From contig OZ244587.1 of NCBI GenBank assembly GCA_965218095.1, forward strand, positions 3,584,001 to 3,648,000: DNA of 64,000 nt. Direction: 5' to 3'. Origin of the DNA: Candidatus Poribacteria bacterium (GTDB lineage: Bacteria; Poribacteria; WGA-4E; PCPOR2b). Positions 53,324 through 62,390 of this stretch are shown here, piece by piece. A program made the position numbers and the translations under genes. The notes under the pieces were generated by a model. It ran no database searches. It worked only from the letters and a program-made list of their open reading frames with translations, and was not told the origin of the DNA. Position 1 is the stretch's first letter. The number at the start of each line of letters is the position of its first letter.

Positions 53324-53362
53324 AAATAAAAAAGCCTATTACCACGGTTGTGATAATAGGCA
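53324..53362 (-). terminator. Attenuator-type terminator in thrC leader
   Basis: Minus strand gcctattatcac-aacc-gtggtaataggc-TTTTTTATTT about 40 nt before the gene. Confidence 0.85.
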
Positions 53363-53404
53363 ATCCTGTAGAGCATATATGTTAAACACAATCTCAATTC
53401 AGAT

Positions 53405-53536
53405 CTAAAGCTGCCTATTTTCACCCAAACCCATGAACATTGCGATAGCAATGCCCATGCAACGCATGTACATTGTCGTATTCACAAAGCAGATAAGGGG
53501 GTAAATCGGGGGAGTATTGAAGTGAGATTGCTGCAC
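53405..53536 (-). CDS. Putative Met-rich leader peptide
   Basis: GTG start: MQQSHFNTPPIYPLICFVNTTMYMRCMGIAIAMFMGLGENRQL*; last codons contain AATAGGCA, complementary to the terminator 5' arm. Confidence 0.6.
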   Translation of the reverse strand: MQQSHFNTPPIYPLICFVNTTMYMRCMGIAIAMFMGLGENRQL

Positions 53537-53581
53537 TATTTTATTACCTGTATTGTTTTGTTTGCTTGCAAAATTTGCTTT

Positions 53582-53611
53582 ATTTTAGCACAAGCCCTTA
53601 TATAAAGGCAA
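53582..53611 (-). promoter_or_regulatory. Sigma70 promoter with extended -10
   Basis: TTGCCT-18 nt-TAAAAT with a TGn extension upstream of the leader. Confidence 0.55.
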
Positions 53612-53737
53612 GCGAAAATCATCAACCAACATAAGGAGTAACTTATAATATGTCTCCTGGTGAATTTGCACTTATTTTTGACTTGAGCCACAAACCCTGC
53701 ACAAACCTGAAAAATAAAATACCATCACCGCTGATTA

Positions 53738-54192
53738 TTACTCCAGGTAGGGTTCGATAGAATCCTCCCGTCTTGGCTTGAGACTGTTTCGCATGATTAA
53801 GCGTGCGCAGGTATTCCAGCGGAGAATGGCATCGTCGTTTCCAGGTGGATGAATGGCTTCGGCTTTCTCGAAATGTTCCGTCGCGTCGCGGAACGATTCA
53901 TACGCAATATATTTACTGCCCGGTATTCCTTGATTGAGAGTCGCCTTAGCCCGGCGTTCACAGATAATCCCGGCGTAGTAATGACGTTCATATTCATCCT
54001 GAAGACGCGGTAAAAGTTCACGTGCCTGGTTTAGATTTCCGATGATTCCTTCAGCGAATTGATCGGTGATAGCCAACAGCGTGACAAGCGCCTCATCGTT
54101 TTCCGGGTCAATCTCAAATATGTCAAGGCAGATGCTTTCGGTAGATCCGGGTTCATTGAGCAGTCGATGGATAGCGGTTTCAGTTCAAACAT
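53738..54192 (-). pseudogene. Conserved hypothetical protein, frameshifted after codon 8
   Basis: AGGAG RBS, MFELKPLS, then frame change to RLLNEPGSTESICLDI...YYAGIICERRAKA...AILRWNTCAR. Confidence 0.65.
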
Positions 54193-54317
54193 GATTTCTC
54201 CTGTTCGCGTTTGGAGTGGGTATGGTCACCTTTCCAAACGATAATGTTGAATTTGCCGACTATTTCATCTTCGCCGGGAGGATCTTTGACTTATGATGGT
54301 CGGTGTTAGCGCTACGC

Positions 54318-55193
54318 CTATATGCCCAACTTTGCCAGTACAGCTTGGGTGGAGATCATGTGTTTACTGAAGCCCAACTCCTTCGGCAAGAAACCAAGCG
54401 CCAGGCCAATCAACTGCGGAAGGTGTAGAACTGGCATATCAAGCTGACGGCCGACCACTCGGCTGACGCCAGGCTGCTGGAGGTCGAGGTTCATGTGACA
54501 GAGTGGGCAAGGTGTTACCATGCAGTCTGAACCTTTGTCCTTCGCTTCGCCGATGTGCTTCCCTGCCATTTTGAACGCCGCCTCTTCGTTCTCTAAGCCG
54601 ATGGGAAAGCCGCAGCAGCGAGTCTTGCCGTCATAGTCCACGGGGATTGCACCCAGGGCTTCAATCACGCACTCCATTGAAGTCGGGTTGTCGGGGTCAT
54701 CAATACCCATGATGGTCGCGGGACGCAGGATGTAGCAACCGTAAAATGGTGCAACCCGCAGGTCAGTCAACGGCTTTTTGACCTTGTCGCGCAGATTGTC
54801 CAGGCCAAGCTCCTTGATAATGACGTAGAGAATGTGCGTGACATTCACACCCCCGTGATACCCGTGCCCGCCGGACTTGAGTACCGCGTTGACCTCTGCG
54901 CGGTAGCCTTCATCCTCGGACAGTTTCTGATTGCTTTTGCGAAGGCAGCCGATGCAGGTTGAGCAGATCGTCATCAGCGGCAAGTCCAACTCTTCAGCGA
55001 GCGCAAGGGTCTTGGCGTTATAAGTGTCGGCGAGGACCGGATTCTGCGCTTGCAAAACGCCCGCACCGGTGCAAGGGGCACCATCGAGTTCAACCAACTC
55101 AATGCCGAGCAGCGGTGCAATCTTTTTGGTAGATTGGTTTAGTTCAGGACAGTTTCCCCTGGCGACACAGCCGGGAAAATAAGCAACTCTCAT
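54318..55193 (-). CDS. HdrB-like CCG-domain subunit (type-E SDH anchor-like)
   Basis: [39 protein letters not shown]; start set at ATG 55193. Confidence 0.9.
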   Translation of the reverse strand: MRVAYFPGCVARGNCPELNQSTKKIAPLLGIELVELDGAPCTGAGVLQAQNPVLADTYNAKTLALAEELDLPLMTICSTCIGCLRKSNQKLSEDEGYRAEVNAVLKSGGHGYHGGVNVTHILYVIIKELGLDNLRDKVKKPLTDLRVAPFYGCYILRPATIMGIDDPDNPTSMECVIEALGAIPVDYDGKTRCCGFPIGLENEEAAFKMAGKHIGEAKDKGSDCMVTPCPLCHMNLDLQQPGVSRVVGRQLDMPVLHLPQLIGLALGFLPKELGFSKHMISTQAVLAKLGI

Positions 55194-55228
55194 AAAAATC
55201 TCCTGTATCAATTGTGAAGTGGGAATGG

Positions 55229-55391
55229 TGTACTATCACTAAATATTTGGTGCACTCCACCTACTTGGGCGCATGAACCCCGTAGCGTAGCGTATAATGC
55301 GTGAAACGTGATGCGTGAGATGCTTCACGTTTTACGTTTCAGTTATGAATCCAGTCATGGTGGGAATTCTCACGAATATAGTAATAGTACA
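55229..55391. mobile_element. MITE-like element between sdhB and the HdrB-like gene
   Basis: IR tgtactatcacta / tagtaatagtaca (12 of 13); internal heptamer repeats. Confidence 0.5.
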
Positions 55392-55410
55392 GTAAAATGA
55401 ACCATGCCTA

Positions 55411-56373
55411 CTATTTCCCTTTTTTCCCTTCCAACTCCTCATGTATGCGCTTCACATCCTCGACCTCTGTCACCGACGGATGCGTGCCGGGTAAGGGGGG
55501 TTTGATTTTACCTTTCATGGTCGCCTTGATTGCTGTGCCCATGTTCTTAAAGGCCCAGCCCAAACCCGCTGCCTTAACGGGCAGTGTACGCTCATCAAGT
55601 ACGCCGGTGTGTGCCACGCTCTCGGTGAAGTGAAGCACATGTTTCGCGCCGATGTTATCGGTCAACCCCTCGTCAATTGCCAGTTCGCGTAACTTGATGA
55701 TCCCATCCATCGGCGCAACGGCCTTCGGACAGACCTGCACGCACTCCAAACAACGCGTGCAATCCCAGATGCCGCCTTCTTCACTCAGGTTGGTTAGCCA
55801 CTCTTTGGTTTTGGCGTGACGTGGGTCGCCGACCACACGGTACGCTTTCGCCAGCGCCGCTGGGCCTAAAAATTTTGAGTCCACCTCTAGCACTGTGCAA
55901 TCGCTCACGCACGCGCCGCACATAATGCAATTCATCGGTTGTTGCAGCTCGACCATCTTGCTCTGCGGGACTTGATATTCACGTTCCGGCGGTTCGCCTT
56001 CGGTCTCAATCCACGGCTTAACCTGCTTTAACTTGTCCCAGAACATATCCATATCGGTTACGAGGTCTTTGATCACCTTCATGTTGCCCATCGGCTCCAC
56101 ACGAATCTCTTCACCGTTTGGCGCGAGGGTCGAAACTTTGGTCTTACACCCCAACTTCGCGTGCCCGTTGACCCGAAACGAGCATGAGCCGCAAACCGCA
56201 CTGCGACAGGAGCCGCGCATTGTCAGTGTGCCATCTATCTCGTCACGGACTTGGATCAACGCGTCTAGCACCGTCGCAAAGTCGGGCAGGTCTTCCACCT
56301 GATAGGTGTCATAATGGGGTTCCTGGTTTTTCTGCGGGTCGTAACGATAGACTTTTAGATTGGCTTGTATCAT
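55411..56373 (-). CDS. sdhB: Succinate dehydrogenase/fumarate reductase Fe-S subunit
   Basis: SCRSAVCGSC, CIMCGACVSDC, CTRCLECVQVCP. Confidence 0.93.
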   Translation of the reverse strand: MIQANLKVYRYDPQKNQEPHYDTYQVEDLPDFATVLDALIQVRDEIDGTLTMRGSCRSAVCGSCSFRVNGHAKLGCKTKVSTLAPNGEEIRVEPMGNMKVIKDLVTDMDMFWDKLKQVKPWIETEGEPPEREYQVPQSKMVELQQPMNCIMCGACVSDCTVLEVDSKFLGPAALAKAYRVVGDPRHAKTKEWLTNLSEEGGIWDCTRCLECVQVCPKAVAPMDGIIKLRELAIDEGLTDNIGAKHVLHFTESVAHTGVLDERTLPVKAAGLGWAFKNMGTAIKATMKGKIKPPLPGTHPSVTEVEDVKRIHEELEGKKGK

Positions 56374-56437
56374 AGCGTCATCTCCTTTTCATCGACAATT
56401 GACAATTTTCAATCATCATTTCTCGATCGTTAATTCA

Positions 56438-56523
56438 TTAATATTTCTACATCTTTGGCTTCTATTTGGTAATCGCCACCGGCAAGCGTCAATCGCGGGA
56501 GCGTTAGAGGTGGAACAGACAAG
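56438..56523 (-). repeat. Degenerate copy of the sdhA 3' end
   Basis: Aligns with 56960-57046, for example atttggtaatcgYcaccggcaag and gtcaatcgc, down to the stop codon. Confidence 0.85.
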
Positions 56524-56586
56524 CGTTTATCAGAAAGCGGCAGCAACGTCAACTTCTTTTGTTTCTGCCATGATCTATTCTGGCGG

Positions 56587-56949
56587 TTACACCGATTCCA
56601 ATTCGTCGAGATACCACCACCAATACGCTTTGGGCATCTTTAGCCGCTGGCGCTCGTACTTGTAGTAATCAAGCGCATGGTCCAGAATCATCCACCACTT
56701 CTTGAAGAAGATTTTGTCAAATTTCTGTACTCGCTGCCAAAGGGAAGCAAGGGCCCCGCCTGTACCACAATGCTTAAATTCCTTTTCCAACGAATCCCGC
56801 TGGAACAACAGGATACCGATTTCCTCCGTCAAGGTATCGTTTTGATGAGCGATTTCTCGCGGGAGAATTTTGGTCAGAGTAACCCTATACCGGAGCACTT
56901 GCTCTCGGAGTTCTTTCAACTCTTTTTTCGTTAGCTGCTGTCGCGCCAT
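56587..56949 (-). CDS. Hypothetical protein with C-terminal P..YWWWYLD motif
   Basis: 120-aa ORF, GAGG RBS overlapping the sdhA stop. Confidence 0.75.
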   Translation of the reverse strand: MARQQLTKKELKELREQVLRYRVTLTKILPREIAHQNDTLTEEIGILLFQRDSLEKEFKHCGTGGALASLWQRVQKFDKIFFKKWWMILDHALDYYKYERQRLKMPKAYWWWYLDELESV

Positions 56950-56959
56950 TGCTTCGCCC

Positions 56960-58663
56960 TCAATACTTCCGCGCCTCCGGCTGCCATTTGGTAATCGTCA
57001 CCGGCAAGTAGTCAATCGCAGGACCGTCAGGGGTATGGTAGACAACCACATGCTTAAGCCAGTTCTCGTCGTCACGGTTAGGGCAGTCCGTGCGTGTGTG
57101 TGCGCCGCGGCTCTCCTTGCGAGCAAAGGCGCTGGCGATAATCGTTTCCGCGCAGTCGAACATGTAGTCCAACTCCAGGACCGCGAGCAAATCGGTATTG
57201 AACACACGCCCCTTGTCATGAACGGAGACGGTCGGATAGCGCTCGCGGACGGCGAGAATTTGGCGCTGTGCCTCAAGCAAACCTGCCTCTTCACGAAACA
57301 CGCCAGTAAACTCGTGCATAATGTTGCCCATCTCCAGGCGCAATATCGCTGAACGCACGTCGGTCGAACGAGCGAAGATGTCAGCAATTTTCTGCTCCTC
57401 TGTATGCCCGACCTGCTCGGAAACCTTGGCAGCCTTGATGCTCGTGGCATATTCCGCTGCATGTACACCCGCTCTCCGACCGAACGCCACGCAGTCCAGC
57501 AAACTGTTGCCGCCCAATCGGTTCGCCCCATGCGCCGAGACACAAGCAGCCTCGCCGGCGGCGTACAAGCCGGGCAGCGGTTCCGCGCCATCGCCGTTAT
57601 GCCGATAGCAACGCCCGTCTACATCAGTCTTAATGCCACCCATCATGTAATGCATCCCCGGGCAAATGGGCAGGGGTTTTTGCGTAATGTCCACGTCAGC
57701 GTAATCCAGTGCGAGTTCGGAAATCTGATGGAACGCCTCTAAGATGCGGTCTTTGATATGACGGCAATCCAGAAGTACGCAGCCATCTACCCCGCGTCCC
57801 TCTTGAATCTCAATCGTCTCTGCACGGGAGACAACATCACGGGAGGCTTTTTCCGCCAGTATCGTTGCCCCGTAGCGTTCCTCCTGCATAAACCGATCTC
57901 CCTCGGAGTTCAGCAAATACGCACCTTCGCCGCGTGCCCCCTCTGTGATGAGAAAGCCGTTGGCGGGAAGCGTGGTCGGATGATATTGCACCATCTCCAT
58001 GTCCATGAGCAGTGCGCCTGCGCGGTAGGCTAAGGCCAACCCATCACCCGTCACGATAAGTCCATTGGTGCTTGGTTCGTAAACCCGTCCACAGCCGCCG
58101 GTGCAGAGGATGACCGCTTTTGCCTTGAAAACTTCCAACTTGCCGCTGACCATCTCCATCGCCACTGCACCGCAACATGCCCCATCCTCCATAAGCAGTG
58201 TCGTCACGAACCATTCGTCGTAGGATTTGACATTGTTTTTGAGCAGTCGTTCATACATGACATGCAGGATGGTCTGCCCAGTCATGTCACCGACATGGCA
58301 GGTGCGGCTCTTGTCAGTGCCACCGAAGCCGCGCATGTGGATGTATCCCTTTTCGTCGCGGTCGAAGATGACGCCCCAATGTTCAAGGGTGAAAACGTCT
58401 TCAATGCCTTCGCGGCACAGAATCTCGATGGCGTCCTGGTCACCTAAGAAGTCGCTGCCCTTAACGGTTTCATAGGCGTGGACCTCCCACGAGTCCTCAA
58501 TGCCGATTGCTGCGTTGATGCCGCCTTGCGCCGCCGCCGAATGAGAGCGCGTCGGGTAAACCTTAGACATCATCGCCACATTGGCGCCTGCCTCTCCCGC
58601 ATGTAGGGCGGTGCTCATTCCCGCTAAACCACCACCAATAACGAGCACATCGTGTTCAATCAT
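56960..58663 (-). CDS. sdhA: Succinate dehydrogenase/fumarate reductase flavoprotein
   Basis: GGGLAG, RSHS.AAQGG (covalent FAD His), QYHPT, EGARGEG, HGANRLGGNSL, ESRGAH. Confidence 0.95.
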   Translation of the reverse strand: MIEHDVLVIGGGLAGMSTALHAGEAGANVAMMSKVYPTRSHSAAAQGGINAAIGIEDSWEVHAYETVKGSDFLGDQDAIEILCREGIEDVFTLEHWGVIFDRDEKGYIHMRGFGGTDKSRTCHVGDMTGQTILHVMYERLLKNNVKSYDEWFVTTLLMEDGACCGAVAMEMVSGKLEVFKAKAVILCTGGCGRVYEPSTNGLIVTGDGLALAYRAGALLMDMEMVQYHPTTLPANGFLITEGARGEGAYLLNSEGDRFMQEERYGATILAEKASRDVVSRAETIEIQEGRGVDGCVLLDCRHIKDRILEAFHQISELALDYADVDITQKPLPICPGMHYMMGGIKTDVDGRCYRHNGDGAEPLPGLYAAGEAACVSAHGANRLGGNSLLDCVAFGRRAGVHAAEYATSIKAAKVSEQVGHTEEQKIADIFARSTDVRSAILRLEMGNIMHEFTGVFREEAGLLEAQRQILAVRERYPTVSVHDKGRVFNTDLLAVLELDYMFDCAETIIASAFARKESRGAHTRTDCPNRDDENWLKHVVVYHTPDGPAIDYLPVTITKWQPEARKY

Positions 58664-58983
58664 AAAACTTTCCTATGTCCTTTCTTAACTATAGAACTTA
58701 CAGCGAGACAGATTCAAACCGCGCTATAATATACCAAAACCTTGTGAAATTTGTCACTATGAAGGATCCAATTAGAAGTTGACAAAACGAGCAGAAAACC
58801 GGTCGATGTCGCCGCTGGATCGATTGAGAAGAATCGCAAGACTTTTCTGAGAATCTCCCCAACCAGAAGTCCGTTAAGTCCTTATGTCAACTGGCTTTGG
58901 CACAAATACACTGCGCGATAATCCAAGGAATCGCACTGAAGTTGTTAAGGTTCTGAAAGCGTTTGGTGCGAAAGCATAAGGTG

Positions 58984-59018
58984 AAAACCTTTGAAAGGTT
59001 CACAACTTTTCAAAGATT
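58984..59018. repeat. Degenerate REP-like palindrome
   Basis: aaacctttgaaaggttcacaacttttcaaagatt, similar in layout to the palindromes at 13646 and 20175. Confidence 0.5.
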
Positions 59019-59829
59019 AGTCACCGATCACTGCCTTCATCTTCTCTAACCCGATTCGTGCAACTTCGCGTGGATCTTCCTGCTAATAATTTGAGTTGAA
59101 CAACTCTAAAGAGATGACTCCCTGATACCCCGCCTCCTTCAGAATGGAGATCATCTGTCGCAGGTCAAGGATGCCATTGCCAGGATAGACGCGATCGGCA
59201 TCGGTCTGTTGCTCCCGCAGCGGTGAAGCGGGCGCATCGTTAAAGTGAAAAATGGCGATCTTGTCCGCCGGGATGCCCTGCATGTCGTCGATCTGACCGC
59301 CGCCCCGGAAGATGTGGAATGGATCCAGCACAATGGTGCTATCCGGATGATCTGCGACGGTGATGACCTCCCAGGCGTGCTTGACCTGGTTGACCCCAGC
59401 GACAAATCCGAGGAATTCCATCGCGGGCTTAACGCCAAATTCACGCCCCAATTCGAGGAGTTCACGGTAATTCTGTCCGCCCAATTGCAGGTTTGCTATC
59501 CCACGCGGCGGGCTTGCGATGATGTAAGTCGCCTCGACGGCGGCAGCTTGTGCCATCCGTCGTTTTGCCGACTCAATGGCTTGCTGATATTCTTTGCCGG
59601 TTGTGTCGAACCAACCGTGAAGTGCGATGACAGTCGGCACGGGCAATCCGTGGTTGTCAAGCGCGCGTTTCACATCTGCCAGCGAACCGCCTTCCTGCTC
59701 GTAAGTGGTGAGCTCATCATTCCATAGTTCAATCGCCTCATAGCCGGTTTTGCTCGCTATACGGATCTTATCCATTAAATCCACCGGTCGAATCGTGCTA
59801 GTATTGAATGCGAGTGTAAATTGACTCAT
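59017..59829 (-). pseudogene. Sugar phosphate isomerase/epimerase with premature TAG at 59083
   Basis: MEFLGF, DPFH, HFND, PG.G, SLELFN; frame continues Y*QEDPREVARIGLEKMKAVIGD to TAA 59017. The truncated product may retain the barrel. Confidence 0.75.
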
Positions 59830-59839
59830 CTGTTCCTCC

Positions 59840-60652
59840 CTATTCACCAATCTGCTCAAGCAATCCGTTAATAAATCGGACATCGATGCGCGCGAGATCA
59901 GTGACAGTCTCTACCGACTCTCCGCTGTATTCGCTGTGGAAGCTGACAGGGCCATCGTAGTTCATCTCTTTCAAGGCTCTCATGGCTGTTACCCAGTCCA
60001 CAAATCCGTGTCCCATTCGCACAACCCGACTGTGACTCCCACTCCCCGGCATCCGTATCAGATCTTTGAACGCCATCACCGCGAGGTAATCTTTCACGAT
60101 ATCGAGTGCCATATCGATCGGTTCTCCTACAATCGAGAGGTGCCCCGTATCTGCGAAGACGCCCACAAAGCGAGGATCAAATCCTTTAACGAGGTTCATC
60201 ACCGTAGCTGAATTCAGTCCCATGGAAGTTCCTGAATGGTTGTGGAGGCAGGTGCGAACACCATGTTTCTCTGAGAGGGCTTGAAAACCTTCGAGGGCTT
60301 TGCGGATGTGATCGACCTGTTGCCAGTAGCTGCCATCGTCCTTCGACCAGTGCCAGTAACCGATCTTAGTGTTAGTCACGCCGGCTTCACCGCAGGCCGC
60401 GTATACGCGCTGGATGTCAGCGTCTTGCGGATCGAGAAAACTAGTTGGTGTCGTCACGAGCGGAATCGATAGCCCCTCCGCCGCCAATTGTTTGGCAACG
60501 GCTGGTAGTGCTTTCTCTGCATTTTCGGGGTTGACCGGATAGCCGGGACGCACACAGAGGTCTGCGCCTTCTACGCCAACGGATTTCAGGACGCTGATAA
60601 TACCTGCAACATCTAAGCCTTCCAGGTGTTTCGTGAACATGATGTATTTCAT
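59840..60652 (-). CDS. Sugar phosphate isomerase/epimerase (TIM barrel)
   Basis: MFTKHL, DLCVRPG, HNHSG, DTGH, KD, SFHSEY. Confidence 0.88.
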   Translation of the reverse strand: MKYIMFTKHLEGLDVAGIISVLKSVGVEGADLCVRPGYPVNPENAEKALPAVAKQLAAEGLSIPLVTTPTSFLDPQDADIQRVYAACGEAGVTNTKIGYWHWSKDDGSYWQQVDHIRKALEGFQALSEKHGVRTCLHNHSGTSMGLNSATVMNLVKGFDPRFVGVFADTGHLSIVGEPIDMALDIVKDYLAVMAFKDLIRMPGSGSHSRVVRMGHGFVDWVTAMRALKEMNYDGPVSFHSEYSGESVETVTDLARIDVRFINGLLEQIGE

Positions 60653-60899
60653 AGGAAATGATTCCTTTCTGTTTGGAGGCGCCACAAGTTGGGAAACGTA
60701 CCGTCACTTTTTAGACGCTTGCAGATAATACCATAAAACTGTCAGAGAATCAAATTCTCGATAGCAGACCTGTAAATTTTAGAATTAAATGGCGTGATTT
60801 TTTTAGGGTTATTTGTCGCAATCCGCTATAAAAATAAATCGCGTGCTCTTCCAAGGTTTCACCACCGGACCCTAGCCAGCATCTATAACAAGATTATAT

Positions 60900-62190
60900 T
60901 ATGCACGCCTCCCCTTTAGAAAAGAGTTGATGCCCCGACTCTGTGGATATTGATTGCAGCGTTACGGTCTCTGGCAAGCTTAGCATGGCAAGACGGACAC
61001 TGCCAGACTCTCTCACCTAATTCGAGGGTGTCGTTGATACCGCCACATTCAGAGCGGGTCTTTAATGACGGTAACCATTGACTGATGAAGTGGACGGACT
61101 TCCCCTTCTTTGACGCAACAGATTTGAGGATTTCAACGAATGCCCCGAACCCTAAATCACTCACCTTGCGTCCCCAAAGCCGTTTCATCCCTTTCAGATT
61201 CAGCGTCTCAAAGAAAAGCGTGTCGTATTCATCAGTCAACTGATGCGCCAGTTTCCAGTGAAAATCATGTCGCTGGTTGGCTATCTTGCGATGCTTCCGT
61301 GCAAGATTCAATCGTGCCTTGTACCGATTGTGACTGCCTCGTTTCCGCCGTGAAAGTTGACGATTCGCTTGTTTGATAGCACGGATGCCACGCTTAAAGA
61401 ATAGCGGAGATTCCACATCTTGTCCGTCTGATGCCGTGAGATAGGTTTTCAGACCGAAATCGAAACCTGCGCTTTTACCCGTCATGGTCGGATTCGGGTC
61501 AATGTTTAGAGCATCTATTACAACGAAGATATAGAAATCGCCAAGCGAATCCCGTTTGATAGTACAAGTTTTGGAGGTGCCTTCTATCGGGCGACAATCC
61601 CAGTAGCGGTATATCCGTTTGCCGATGCGGATATAGCCGTTGCCAAGCCACTTCCACTCCGCTTGTTTCAGCGTGAAGGACTTGTATCTGTGCCGGGATT
61701 TGAAAGTGGGTGGCACCGTTTTGATACCGTGTTTAAGATTGCGGAAAAACAGTTGGTATGCCCGGTCAATCCGCTCGACGATGTCTTGAATGGCTTGACT
61801 GCCAAGTTCGTTCCAGTGTTGAAATTTCGCAAGTTGCTTCAATTTCGTGAGATGAAGTTTCAGCCGATTGGCAGACAGGGATTTACCGAATAATCGATAA
61901 TATCGTTTGTGAAAGGCAATACAATGGTTGTAGACATCGCCATAGCTTTCAATCTGACGGTGCAAATGTCTATTTCGCTTGTGGTGATACAATTTGAATT
62001 TGTAAGTTTTGATGGGGGGGGCTTTCTGTCTTTCATGCCTTTTCGATGAGGTGTAGGGGCACCGGCGAAGCTGCCGGTGGTCGAATCCCCTACGAAAGCC
62101 AAAGCAATTATATCACGAAATCGTTGAAAACACAAGGCTAAAGCAGTCTGTATCCCAATCTGAAAGGATTGGGGCTTAGACCTAAAGGAA
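60900..62190 (-). mobile_element. IS200/IS605-family (IS1341-type, tnpB only) element; ends approximate
   Basis: Left-end hairpin cccaatc-N6-gattggg at 62154-62173, TGnTATAAT promoter, 5'UTR hairpin, tnpB, no tnpA. Confidence 0.75.
60916..62036 (-). pseudogene. tnpB: TnpB RNA-guided nuclease, out of frame at a C8 tract
   Basis: ATG 62036 MKDRKPP shifts to IKTYKFKLY; RuvC GFDFG, FETL, RDRNAA intact; Zn finger reads KTRSECG...CPSC. Confidence 0.85.
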
Positions 62191-62390
62191 ATGTCCGATA
62201 AATCTAGGAAGAGATGTGAGATTTGGCGTCAATCGGTGCAACGCGGTCTTCTACGATAAACACTTGAAATAACGACAACTTGCTTTCCATCAGGCGACCA
62301 TCTTGCGTCCGTCGACCCAGATGTCATTTGTGTAAACCGTCACGGTTATCATGGTAATGATTTCGCGTATTTCTCGTTGCACACGACTTG

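Noticed and set aside
53330-53540. SAM riboswitch or T-box upstream of thrC
   Set aside because: No SAM-I core (ATCNAGAG...GCAACC) or T-box sequence; leader-peptide geometry fits better.
6661-59085. Genome-wide recoding of TAG as Trp
   Set aside because: Many intact genes end at TAG (for example 2590, 9830, 34291, 46207), and most affected genes have other lesions.
62240-62330. WSPDGKQ PD40-like snippet
   Set aside because: Too short to call as a gene; at most a tiny remnant.
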